This document shows, one piece after another, positions 42,078-55,262 of a DNA stretch of 64,000 bases; position 1 is the first letter of the stretch, and each line of letters opens with the position of its first letter. A program made the position numbers and the translations under genes. The stretch is taken from positions 56,606,001-56,670,000 of the forward strand of contig OX597819.1 in assembly GCA_951406725.2 (NCBI GenBank). The letters run 5' to 3'. Origin of the DNA: Octopus vulgaris. Lineage: Eukaryota. Below the pieces are notes generated by a model. That model was not told the origin of the DNA. It saw only the letters and a program-made list of their open reading frames with translations, and did not search any database.

Positions 42078-42614
42078 CCTTCTATATAATAAATATATAT
42101 ATATATATATATGGATTCGAATTTTTGCTGAGATTGCAATAATTACATCTCCAGAGCAAGTAAATATGTCTTAATTTTGGATAGAGTAGCTACAAAACCC
42201 TCTCAATGAATGCACGCCATGGGAAAGACAAATAGTGGTGGTTAAATTTTGCAAACTCTAGTTGGCAGCATTTTCATATGCTGAAAATGATTTGCATTTT
42301 CTTGTACTATCATGGAGAGGATTCCAATCACAATATACTATTGCTACATCATTATCTTTTAAATTTATTTATGCACCCTTTTGTAGCCTAGCCAGGCTCA
42401 TCGGCTCGGTTTCCCGGTTTCTATGGCGTATGTATTCCCCCCAGCTAGAAAGGAAACGTTAAGATGCAGTATCCAAATCTTGTTTTGGGTATGTCCCTAG
42501 TAGTGTGCCTTGAAAGCACGTTCACCCCTTACGGCTACCATATATCTTCCGCGGTACTGCAGTTTAGCCGCAGGATCTTCGCAATGTTTCGTCGGCACAC
42601 GTTTAGTATATTTT

Positions 42615-43233
42615 AAATGATTGATAGGGAAAGTTGAGTGCACTATAAGCTTTATTCAGCACGACGATCGTTTCGGCTTACATCTGCAATGCTCTCTAGC
42701 AGTTGGCGTACGATATAATGAAGTCGAATGCACCCAACAGTACATAAGATACTTCATCATGTTACATAATACGCTACAGTGTTATAATTTGTACATTTCG
42801 CTAGTGTGTGTCTGGCAGGATGATGTCGGTAAGATGCGTGCGTTTATAGTAGTTCACAAATCCATAAATGAAACAGGATGCCTGGTATATACTCGGAGAA
42901 TAGTGAAGTGTACAATGTATTTGGTGTCTTGTATTCTTTACCTACCACTTCCCTAATGTATACCATTCATCCTGCGTCAGTAATGGATTTGTGAACTACT
43001 GTAAACACACGTATCCTACCAACATCATCCTGTCACACACACTTTAGCAAAATGTACATATTATAAAATTGCAACGTATTATGTAACCTGATGAGGTTTC
43101 TTCTGCATTCTGGGGTGCATTCCATTCTATTATATCGTTCCGCAGCCACTAGAGAGCAGTGGAGATGTAAGCCGAAACGATCGTTTTGCTAAATAAAGCT
43201 TACAATACACTCTGTCTTCCCTGTCAATCATTT
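42615..43233. repeat. ~620-bp imperfect palindrome (foldback), probably head-to-head Penelope-like pLTRs
   Basis: Arms of ~275 bp are complementary, e.g. GTAGTTCACAAATCCAT / ATGGATTTGTGAACTAC and ACGATCGTTTCGGCTTACATCT / AGATGTAAGCCGAAACGATCGT. Each arm carries GAAAC-GATC-GTY followed by AATAAA. Confidence 0.85.
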
Positions 43234-44769
43234 CATGTGTATGCGCGCGCGTGTGTATAAGAGCGGGAGAGAGGGAGGGAGTGTGTGTGAGTGTGTTGTG
43301 CATGCATGTGCTTGCGTGTGCTTGCATAGATTGACACATATTGTTGAAGGTCTGAATTCAGCTGTTTTGCGTCTAATATATATGCTATTTTCCCAGACAT
43401 GAATATATACATGTACATAAATATGATCTTACACACAAACACACATAGATATGTGTGTGTGTATGTGTGTGCGTGCGTGTGTGTGTGTTTGTATGTATGT
43501 GTGTATATATGTATATATAAATTGCAATATGTACATGTTATGAGTTTTCTTCACTTGAGTTGTTGCTTAAAGTTGAATAAGATCTTTTTGAATTATTTCA
43601 CAAATGATAGTATTTCATGTACCTTTAGAAAAGAATTTTAAAAATTTCTCTATATGTTCTAAAGTTTCAACATCATGGAAATTTATTATAAAAGCTTGAA
43701 TAATATTTACATGATTCTTCAAAGACGGGTGTCTTAACATTATTCTACTTCTTTTAGGTGGCTATTTAAATTGTTTTTGCTTATATTTGATCTCTCCAAA
43801 TTTATATCTTTACTTTGCTACGAGAACATAACGTCCTAGATGAAAAGCGAAACGACTTTTCCACGTAAGCCGTGGAGTAGTGGGGGATATTTTAATTAAT
43901 TTTTGAAGTGTTGTATTGAAGAGTAGTATTTAATGGAGCATACAACAAAATGGTTAAACAACAGATAGCTTTCTCAAATAATAGATGGTAGTCATCGTTT
44001 AACGAAGTATAAATCCTGCGGTTGAATGTCCACAGGTGCTTATTTCTGTGGCTTAATTTTCTAGAAGAAAAGACGAGCAATGTTGTAATACATAATTTAA
44101 TTTCTCTTATATTATTCATATGAATTATATTTCATATACGCTACATATAGTCTTTAAATATGGTGTATACACAGTACTACATTTTGGTTATTTCTCTTTA
44201 TGCATACATAGAGTAATGCAGTTCCTAAGGATACTATATAGGGAAAAATTCTTCATATTTTGCATCTGCAGCAAATCATTTCTCGGAAATTGTTATGGAA
44301 TTGTAGATATTTTTGGTGATTATGCTTGTATGGTTGAATGTAACTCTTACTGCCTGTATGATTGAATATAACTCCCAAGTTATATCCTTTAAAGTCAAAG
44401 TGGACGGGGAAAATTAATTCACAAAAATACAGGTTAGTATCACACATTTTAATGGGAGTAAACTCGATTAAATAGACCTCAGTAGTTTACACATATTTCA
44501 TCTTGATACCGAAACATGAAAGGTAGATTTAATATTGTCTGCACTCAAGAACGTAATGATACATCATCGCACAGAGTGGATATAATGAGTCTCCAGTATT
44601 TTGGTTATGAACACAACCAACAATAGCTATATAAACTGGATATTCTTGTCAACATTCGAACAAATAATCAACTCGACAACATGAGGTGCTCCAGAGAATA
44701 TTAGTAACTTATTTAATTCAGTTTAAACAGTACGATTAAGATTTACTTCATATATTGAAACAAACAAAA

Positions 44770-46128
44770 GATATTATAGCTATGATGGAGTTTTAAGCTG
44801 CTTGTGGTGTTCTTGACATATTAAACGAGAAAGATTATATTTCCAATCATATTATTGACGTAGTAGATTAAAATCCCAAATCCGGAAAAACCGATGATGA
44901 TGTGTCGACAATATTTAGTTCACAGAGGAGTACTTACGATGATTCAGTTTTCTTTAGTGATCAGTTAGAAGTATCATGCGAACATCTTTAAAGCATTTAC
45001 GATGATTTTTAATGGCATTAAGGTAGTAGAAGATTTGGAAAACTTTAGCCGGTTCTAATCCGAAGTTTCGGGACATATAGTCATTTGTGATGTAAGTTAA
45101 GGTAACTTGTTTAAAGTTGAGCAGAATTTCAAATTTAACTGATCGAAGTTGTCTAGTATATCTCTTATTGCTACATTGCATATATACAAAACCTTCCAAT
45201 TTATACAAAACCTACAAATATATTGGCTAGAAAATAAATGTATCGTCCAATTGCAATTACCTACGTTACCGCATTAAGAGGTAGCCTACTTCATAGATGC
45301 AATATCAATCACAGCTTGGCTAGGGTTAAACAACAGCAGTCAACTGAAGCGAAATGACAGCCTGGAATCACTTCGCGGGTATTTGTCATGTACTGTTCCA
45401 CATCTTACTAGATTTGTTTGAATCATTGGTTTTGCAACAAACTCTAAGCGTCAGATAGAAGGGTTTCTGAAAGTTGTAAATATTTACAATTCCCAAAGAC
45501 ATTCGCAGTTAAAGTAGACATTCAAATGAAAACAAAAATCTATTTTAGTCAATATTGTACGTACATGGCATTTTGACAGGCAGCGTAAAAGGAAAGTTAT
45601 AATCGAGTCATCTTTATGCTGCGGTTTGTATTGCTTGGTCAAAAATCCAATAAACTTATGTAGTTAACGATTTGGAGATAACAAAAGACTTATTCTTTTC
45701 CAAAACTTTTTGCGATTATGCATTAATCTGAAAGTGATATCTACAAAGAAAGTACAGCATATAAATGACCAGCAGGGACTTTGAAATATTTAGTAAGATT
45801 TAAATTATGGGTGAGTTAACGGTTTTTCGTTTTATCTGTATAATGTACGATAGAACATATCTCTGTATTCACTAGCGAACACTGAATGTTACGGCTATTG
45901 TAAACAGTATATTATATTCGTAGAAAGAAAATGAGGAACAGTTGTACAATATTTCTGAAGTCGTTGTCAGAAGAGATGTACAACACCTTAAACTATAACA
46001 GACACATTGCAGATGAACACATTTGTGAGGAGTGCATTCGTGGAAGATGGAAAACAGAAACATGCTCTATAAATGACTTTATTGATGGAACGATAGAACA
46101 AATTTGTGGAAGGTATATTCATCATTAA
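44770..46128 (+). pseudogene. Decayed class C GPCR-like multi-VFT relic
   Basis: Ordered motifs: AACGVLDILNEKDYI (44797), VAYFIDAI (45281), GFATN (45428), SSLCCGLYC (45608), KDLFF..LFAIMH (45684), INDQQGL (45761), VN....LYNVR (45815). Many stops and frameshifts. Confidence 0.4.
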
Positions 46129-46786
46129 TAACTGTATTATATTTATTAGTGAAAAATCATTAAATTAATGCCTTCCATAAAAGATTGCAAAGGTGTGTCA
46201 ACAACTGATTTCAAAAATACACAGTTAAGCATCGTTAGCTAGCGAATATGGTTTGTCATTGAGTAGCAAGTTTTTATTAAATGTGTTACGAGTCTATCAT
46301 TTAAGTATTTCATGTGATTAGACATTATCAGCGTAAAATAATGTACCTTGATTTAATCTATCACACACACTTCAGGAATGGATATCACGAATTTCCGATT
46401 ACGAGCCTAACATTATAACCAAGCGGCTACACACATATTGTTTAGTTAAATTCTGAAAACGATGTCTTCAATCTACTCAGAGTATTTACCATTTGCAATA
46501 TGATTATTGGGTGTCTACAAAATTTGTATGACTATTCTATTTATAACTGTCTCTATATAAGAGTACAAAGCAGCAAGCTACCAGAATCATTAGCACGTCG
46601 GATAAAATGCTTAGCTGGATTTCAGATCTTTCCGGAGTCAATTTTGCATTTCATTCCTTCAAGATTGATGAAATAAAGTAGCCTTTATGTACTTATGTGA
46701 TGTACTGATTGTGTCCTTCCCTCAAAATTGTTGGCTTTGAATACAGCAACGGGCACGTAATCCAATCAATGATGTAGTATGTATAA

Positions 46787-46817
<31 letters not shown>

Positions 46818-47292
46818 ATTATAAATTAGGGTATCTGAGAAATACCACCACGCTGAAAATAGCAGTCAAAACCTGACTCTAAAGCCACATTAAATGTTCA
46901 TATAGCACTAGGAGAGAAGACAGGGAGACAAAATAAACTAGCAAAAAAATTTACTGGGTAATCCCAAGGCGGCAGATGTTAAAACACCTCAGAGTCATGG
47001 ACAGGTGAGATAACTCCCCCTCAATCCCGTCTAGGAGTAATAGACGTTGATGTTCTTTTGGCTTGTCACTGTCACGTACCCCACCAGAATCACAGATGAA
47101 TCATTTCACCAGTCTACGGCTTATATGCTCATGACATGCAAATATCACGTGTGGGTATGCCAGGACAATGTATACGTGAGAATAAATCGAACATGAATTT
47201 GAAGCAGCGCTAGTATAATAAGCACTATGAACCACATATAGTTAACTTATATGCTTCATATATACATACATACATACATACATATATATATA

Positions 47293-47570
47293 GCTAGAAA
47301 TGGGAGTTAGAGACACAATGCTGTAAGAAGAGCGCAATATGTATATACTGAAGGGGAGGTAACCACCCCATGACTGTCTCTAGAATCACCAGAATAGAAT
47401 CGCTATTCGTCGGCATCATCATTAGTGACTACTGAAGCGGTCGCTGGTTTGGCTAAATCCGTGTGTAAGTGTATTACGCCTTGTTTGCAATATTAAGAGT
47501 CCTTAACTCTTATTTCTAGTATTATAGGCGTTTCGGTACCCACAGTCACATTCAGCGACGATAGAATGTT
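47293..47570. mobile_element. Short insert in TA repeats with imperfect inverted ends (Penelope-like architecture)
   Basis: CTAGAAATGGGAGTTAG (47294) versus TTAACTCTTATTTCTAG (47503-47519), followed by a short tail. Same layout as 54964-55189. Confidence 0.45.
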
Positions 47571-47583
47571 TCTTTTATGGTGT

Positions 47584-47638
<55 letters not shown>

Positions 47639-47648
47639 TACATACATA

Positions 47649-47698
<50 letters not shown>

Positions 47699-47739
47699 CA
47701 TATACATACATACATATATATATATATATACATATACAT

Positions 47740-47789
<50 letters not shown>

Positions 47790-48649
47790 CACACACACAC
47801 ACACATATATATACACACACACACACATAAAACAAAACAGGGAAGGCTCATTGGCTGATATACTCTACAATATAAGATAAATTTATATTACAAATATTTC
47901 TCCGATCTTCCTTTCTTTATCGAATCAACTTCAAAATCAGTTAATTTTTATATGGCCAAACTGAACACATTTCTTCCAGCTTTCATTGTGCATTGCTAGA
48001 TCAGAAAGAGTTATGTTTGTCATTCATTGAAGCGCCTTCCACAGCTTTGATGGGTTTTTGACTGCGTTAAGACACAAGAAATACTCACATTTGGAGATAT
48101 ATTATTAACAACATATGCTTTCATTGAATACATATATTGCATTGAAATCGGATATCAGAAGTCTATCATATTTATATGTAAGCATAAAAAAGAAAGAATA
48201 TCTCTTCCCGATCTGTTTTCAGTTTTATGTGAAACATTATGTCACATTCAAATTGTTATGGTTATATTTTTTTCATATTATTTATGATGATGGCCATCTT
48301 TGATATTAGTTTACAATTACATAGCAAATATAATATTCATATTTACATTTCAGAAAAGAAGCACACGTTTATACACAACAGAATAGAAAGCCAATCACAG
48401 AAACATGTTTATCTATATTCTCATTTTTCCTTCTACTCACCCATACTTTCCCTCATCCGCACACACGTTCACATCCACGATCAGACACGCACAAACATTT
48501 GTACTCGTACAAACACTCACGTACATACATACAAGATTATTCACAAATACTCATGTGCACATATATTCAAATCTAACATTTTTATGTCTTCTGACAAATT
48601 TGTGTTTGTGTTTGTGTGTGTGTGTGTGTGTATGTGTGTGTGTGTGCTT

Positions 48650-48680
<31 letters not shown>

Positions 48681-50979
48681 CGCACACGCACACACGTATA
48701 TATATATATATACACATTCATATATGTGTGCATGTGATCTAGTCTGTATGTATATGCGTGTGATTATGTTGGCATTCAAACATTCATACATATTTTAAGT
48801 ATATGTATTTACACATGCATAGATGAGAAGTCACTCCCTCTTACATTTCTATAGATAGACAGATACGAAGGAAATATAGATACAAGAGCATGTGTCATTA
48901 TTTTATTATTAGCAATAAGAAGCTTCACGAGACAGTCCTTCGATATAATATTTCCTCTTCCAAATAAAACATACCGTTTTTTGCAAACAGTAAACATTAT
49001 TTGAACTATAAAGGAATGAATAATTCTATTTTATCAAAGCATATGTTTCATGGAAGCAACAGACTGAAAAAATAACAAACTACTAAAAAAAAATAAATCA
49101 ATAAATTTCTCCTTAAAACGGAAGATATATCGATATTTTCGTCTCTATACATACATATATATGCATGTGTGTGAGTGTGTGTACATGCACAAATATATAC
49201 ATACATATAGATATTTGTATGTACGTATAAGCATATAGTCATTTTATATAAGTTATGCTATATTTCATTTTATCTCAATCTAGTTTATATCATATAATTT
49301 GATATAATTTAATTTGAAAATATAATAAAATGTATATTTATATTGGTCTGACGAACAAGCATTTAGATATTTATTTTACTGAAACTAGTTAGACGTCCAC
49401 AATAGTTCTTTTTTATAGCTACACAGTAAGCAAGCGTATGAATCTTATCTACGATTTACTCTTTTTCTTGCCGATCTTGTTTTTTTATATACTATTGGAA
49501 TATTTCTATTATGATCTATGCAGTTTCTTTTTTTTAATAATCTGTCATAAGATATCAAGTTTTTTTTTTTTTTGACATAACCAGTCACAATTTCAAATCC
49601 CCATACTGAATGCTGTCTTGTGAGTTAGCTAATTAATTAGATGTTTCCCAAATATTGGATCTCCCCACGATAAATAATAGATCAACTAACAAAAACAAGA
49701 TACTTATTGAAACCTACACCAATTCACATTCGTCGGTATTCTCAGCTTGTTCCTCGTGGGGTTGTCTCACAAAGCATAAATGTACCACTAAATAAATGAT
49801 CGCTTCTTAAATCAGTAACTTTCTGATATAAAGAGAAGGTCATGGAATTTAGAATAGATCTGCCTTCAAAAGAATGGGCAACAGTAACTGTTGTAGTAAT
49901 CCTATTATCGAAGTTTCTGTAAGGGTTTAGTTAGGTTACTATTATTTCCAATATATTCAGATATTGCGAGTAAGAGAAGTCGATGCTTTTCTAGTTTGGA
50001 GGTTGCTTTCGGAGCGGACAAAGTGGGGAATGTTTCCAAATATTCGGATACATTTCTGAAAAAGGTAGAGAGAGAAAAATAAAAGGAAAAAAATTAAGAC
50101 GGAGAAAAATACGAGTTGTTTGGCAAAGGGTATAGAGTAAAAGGGCAACATATTAACAGTTGAGATTAATAGAAATAATATTTTCAAAGTTGATGGCCAC
50201 GTTCGTTAGACGCGATTATTAATATATCCAGATGTGTCATGTAAGTATACGTGTGGATGAAAACAGTCGAATGCAGGAAGAATTGTTCGGAGGGAGATAT
50301 GGTTGAGCACAAGTATTATGGACATAGAAGCAAGTTGTGCGAATGAGGCAACTTTCTCAGCAAGACAGATGTTTTGAAACTGTTTTCATTAGAATGTTTT
50401 GAAAATGAAAAGTTTGCAGGGGTCGTTTTGAAAAGAGAGCAGAACTTTTAGAGGTGGGTGACGCATTTCATGTGCAGTGGACAAAGACATTGTTTAACTT
50501 TTTGGTTGACCATGAATGACAGAATATTCTGGTGGTTAGGAAGTGTCCAAGAGAATGATTTCAATGACTTTTAGTTGCCTGTTGTGTATTATGCATATGC
50601 ACATATGAGCCACAAGATATAATTCTATAGTTGACACAAGGTTAGAAATTTTGAGGAGAATGTCCTTCAATTCCATTGACACCACTGATTAACTTGTTCT
50701 TATTTTATTTACTCCCAAAGACAAAGTCAACTGCAGTGGCATTTGAACTGAGAATGTAAAACTGGAAGTAATACTGGTAAACAATTGTCCGGTGAGCAAA
50801 CGATTCTGCCATCTCGTTGACTTTAAAAGTGGCTATAGTTAATGCATGAAATATTTGAGACCTGGAGATTTATATTATGCATGGATTATATATTATTAAG
50901 AAATGGTAAATGAAACCAGACTGAGTCGAAATTCGGCAAGTATTTTCTTGGATGTTGTGTATGAGGCATATTTCATTCT

Positions 50980-51290
50980 GTGGAGGCACATGGCCTAGTG
51001 TTTAGAGCAGTGGACTTGAAGTCGAGGGATCGCGGGTTCGAATCTCAGACCGGGCGATGTGTGTGTTTATGAGCAAAAACACCTAGGCTCCACGCGTCTC
51101 CAGCCGAAGGTAATGGAGAACTTCTGCTGACTCTTTCGACACAACATTATCTCACTCTTTCCGCCTGCACCTTGCAGTTCACTTGTGAAGGACCGACGTC
51201 CCGTTCAGGTGGAGAACCTATACGCCAAGGAAACCGGGAAACCGGCCCTAATGAACCAGGCATGGCTCGAGAAGGAACAAACAAATAAAC
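50980..51290 (+). mobile_element. tRNA-derived SINE family C
   Basis: GTGGAGGCACATGGCCTAGTG...GGTTCGAATCTC head; tail GAAACCGGGAAACCGGCCC...AGAAGGAACAA. Confidence 0.88.
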
Positions 51291-52099
51291 AAACATATTT
51301 CATTCTAATAGATTCTTAATTTGAAATATTTTGCTAATGAAGAGCACGATAAAATGTTTCATGTGTCGTTGGTGTTTTCTGATGTTTGCAAGTAGACAGC
51401 TGGCATTCAGCGGATAAGAATAGTTCACTCTAAAACCAGGTGACATATTGTAGCAACATTGTAGAACGAATTTAGTGCTACGCTCTATCTTCCACATACA
51501 TCAAATGCTTATCTATATGTCTATTCAAAACACTTTAATAAAATTTCTATACTGGCATGATGAGCTTCTCAGAATACAACAAAATCTATACTGACTATAC
51601 AAAACTGATCGTCAGAGTATTCTATTTCAAGGACTGTTGCATGCTAACAAATGACATATGAAGGAGAACAATATTAAGAACTTTAAAATAATTTGATCTA
51701 TCATGAACAGCATCATTATATTTAAATGAACTGTGCCAGCTAAATATATTCAATAATATCAGTTTCAAATTTTGACACAAGGCTAGCTATTTCGAGGGAG
51801 GACATACGTCGATCATCTGGACTCCAGTGCTCGACTGGTAAATATTCTATTAAGCCATAAATTACGAAAAAAGCAAAGTAAACCTCGGTAGAATTTGAGC
51901 TCAGAAGTTCGTCTGTGTCGATGCTTTGAGCTCAAATTCCGCCGAAGTCGACTTTGTCTTTCATCCTTTCGCCGTCGATAAAACAAGTACAAGTTGAGTG
52001 CTGAGGCTGAGGCGGTGGCGATGTAATTGACTTATCCCTTCCCCTAAATTACTAGGCTTGTGACAAAATTTGAAAACAGTATTACGAGAAATGACGACA

Positions 52100-52520
52100 C
52101 AAGGTGGCGAGCTGGCAGAAACGTTAGCACGCCGGGCAACATGCGTAGCCGTATTTCGTCTACCGTTACGTTCTGAGTTCAAATTCCCTCGAGTTCGACT
52201 TTGCCTTTCATCCTTTCGGAGTCGATTAAATAAGTACCAGTTACGCACTTGGGTTGATGTAATCGACTTAATGCGTTTGTTTGTCTTTGTTTGTCCTCTC
52301 TGTGTTGAGCCCCTTGTGGGTAGTAAAGAAATAGGTATTTCGTCTACCGTTACGTTCTGAGTTCAAATTCCGCCGAGGTCGACTTTGCCTTTCATCCTTT
52401 CGGGGTCGATTAAATAAGCACCAGTTATGCACTGGGGTCGATGTAATCGACTTAATCCGTTTGTCTGTCCTTATTTATCTTCTCTGTGTTTAGCCCCTTG
52501 TGGGTAGTAAAGAAATAAGA
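52100..52520 (+). mobile_element. SINE family B, dimeric (body duplicated)
   Basis: Head plus body, then the body restarts at GTATTTCGTCT (~52336). Confidence 0.9.
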
Positions 52521-52776
52521 AATGACTACACAAGCAAACAAACATAAGAATTTTTGTGCATTTCAAGATATTTAATATAATTTACTTAAATAACTTTTAT
52601 TATGCACGGATTAAGCATTTCAATAACTGATGATCACACATCGAAGATTTTGTTTTAAAAAGTAAGGAAGGATTATGCCTATATTTAATCAACACTTAAC
52701 TACAACGCGACAAACTTTCAAGAAGAGCTACAACCCAAAAAGAACACACACACACACACACACTCACATATATATA

Positions 52777-52815
<39 letters not shown>

Positions 52816-53385
52816 AACGTTGAGTATTACCATTGAGCAAAGAGACATCTCAGGCGAATTAAAAATTACTTGTAATTTTAGATAGTTTTTTTTTCTTCCA
52901 AGAAACACAAATATAACTCATTTATCATTTACTTAGACATACCGTCTTCAGCGGACACCAACGGCTTTTAAAGATTAAATTCAATAACATAGATGAAATG
53001 AATCGAAAAAGAGTTGAAATGAAAATTAATAGACTTTTTGGTTGAAAATTCGTTTAACTTATATAATTTTACTGTCATTATACTATTCATTTAATAGAAT
53101 AAAAATGACAGAAAAAAGCAGAACATAAACAAACGAAAATATCCACACCTATCATAACTATGGATTTAATGAGTTTTCATAATGGCAATTTCATCTTATA
53201 CTAAACGTAAAAACACAAACGTAATGAAAATGACGACGTTCCAGAATCGTTTCAGTCTCTAATCAAGATGAAAACTCGAATTTCAGAGTCCTTTCTCCTA
53301 TTCTATGAAAATTATTTCTTCTTGATATATTTTACTCTTATTACTCTCACTGAAGATTAAAATATTTCAGAAACAAACTCGTAGA

Positions 53386-53803
53386 AGGCGGCGAGCTGGC
53401 AGAAACGTTAGCACGCCGGTCGAAATGCGTACCCGTATTTCGTCTGCCGCTACGTTCCGAGTTCAAATTCTGCCGAGGTCGACTTTGCCTTTCATCTTTT
53501 CGGGGTCGATTAAATAAGTACCAGTTACGCACTGGGGTCGAAGTAATCGACTTAATCCGTGTGTCTGTCCTTGTTTGTCCCCACTGTGTTTAGCTCCTTG
53601 TGGGTAGTAAAGAAATAGGTATTTCGTCTGCCGTTACGTTCTAAGTTCAAATTCCGCCGAGATCGACTTCGCCTTTTATCCTTTCGGAGTCAATAAATTA
53701 AGTACCAGTTACGCATTGGGGTTGATGTAATCGACTTAATCTCCTTGGCTGTCCTTGTTTGTTCCCTTTATGTTTAGCCCCTTGTGGAAAATAAAGAAAT
53801 AAG
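53386..53803 (+). mobile_element. SINE family B, dimeric (body duplicated)
   Basis: Same junction, AAAGAAATAGGTATTTCGTCT, at ~53610-53630. Confidence 0.9.
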
Positions 53804-54772
53804 AAACAATCTCATGAATGGTACTTGTATAACACTGTATACCGTACAGTTTTTCAGTTTCGGTGATGCATAAAAATTCTATATATAACATTATATGAAT
53901 AACGTATTGTTACTTAGTAAGTAATCATCCACATTCTTGTTCATTGTCCCCATCATCATCATCATCAAGATTATTTGTGCTTCCGTTAATGGAATACTTT
54001 TAAAATAATATCAAGAAAAAAAATTAAAATTAGTGCCATTTCGCTTGGAATATCTCAAGAAACCGCGGGGATTCTGTTTTTATTTATTTCTTTTGCTGTC
54101 ATGTATATACACATGCAAACGTACATACATGCACACACACACACAAAAAAAAGAAAAAAAAAACTATATTTTAAACATAAACTTCTCGGTCACTGACCAA
54201 CAGATAATGAGGAAGAATACAGACGACCCGATGAAAAAATTTAAAGCTTATTTTTAATTCTTAAAGACAATGTGTAGACAGAAAACAAAACGAAAGAAAA
54301 TTCTAATACTAAATGAATATAATGAATTATATTTTCCCACTTAACCACATCAGTTGTATTCTTCTGATTCTCTCTGAAGAATTAATGTCATCCATCTGAC
54401 TGCGATCATTTGTTTCTTGTAATTTTTTATGGTTCTTTTCCTTACCTTTTGTTTTCTTTCTTTTTTTCCTTTTAATTTCTAAACACAAGCATTTTCTGTT
54501 CTGATATATAATACATGCTGGGCTGTTGTTTAGTTTAGAGAGATCAAACATTGCCAACTTTTGCGGAGTTTTCTCTTACTTCGTTTACTTCATAATAAGC
54601 ATTCAATTGCCATTTTATTTATTTGCTGTTTCCACTCCACTTTCAGCACAACAGTAATAAAACTACGACTCGATGTGCACTGCACTACCACAGAAACCTT
54701 ATTGGGCGAAAATCTTTCATCAAAACTCCGCTTTCATTTACATAGTCGTTGTTATGTAAATATAAGTTTTAC

Positions 54773-55187
54773 AGGTGCAGGGGTGGCTGTGTGGTAAGTA
54801 GCTTACTAACCAACCACATGGTTCCGGATTCAGTCCCACTGCGTGGCATCTTGGGCAAGTGTCTTCTGCTATAGCCCCGGGCTGACCATTGCCTTGTGAG
54901 TGGATTTAGTAGACGGAAACTGAAAGAATCCCGTCGTATATATGTATATATATATATATATATAGCAAGGAAAAATTGTAAAAATGCAGAATGCTAGATT
55001 TTGTTACATAACTATTCTTGATAAGTCACACTATGACGAAAACCGGTTTGAATAAATATATATTTATATATTTTTTCAATTTCTCATTTCATAAAAATTT
55101 CTTTCAATCTAGCATTCTGCATTTTTACAATTTTTCCTTGCTTATCATTTCTCCACGTGCGGTCAACACAACCCCACCATTTATTGA

Positions 55188-55262
<75 letters not shown>

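Larger units (their letters stand above)
39623..42094 (-). mobile_element. Non-autonomous Penelope-like element with inverted pseudo-LTRs inserted in (TA)n
   Basis: Perfect 176-bp inverted repeat (39692-39867 / 41919-42094), each arm containing a hammerhead followed by AATAAA. An internal relic at 41122-41040 reads LSLIARAKNPGNG / CPFVCLLEGK, resembling the Penelope ORF end W.I..RA.PY.PG...C.LCL.EK. (TA)n lies on both flanks. Confidence 0.8.

Noticed and set aside
50980-51055. tRNA-like sequence with A/B boxes
   Set aside because: It is the head of a multi-copy SINE and runs straight into the SINE body. No standalone tRNA gene is supported anywhere in the window.
52100-52520. Repeated units that might suggest a CRISPR-like array
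   Set aside because: They are duplicated SINE bodies with no unique spacers and no cas genes, in a eukaryotic context.
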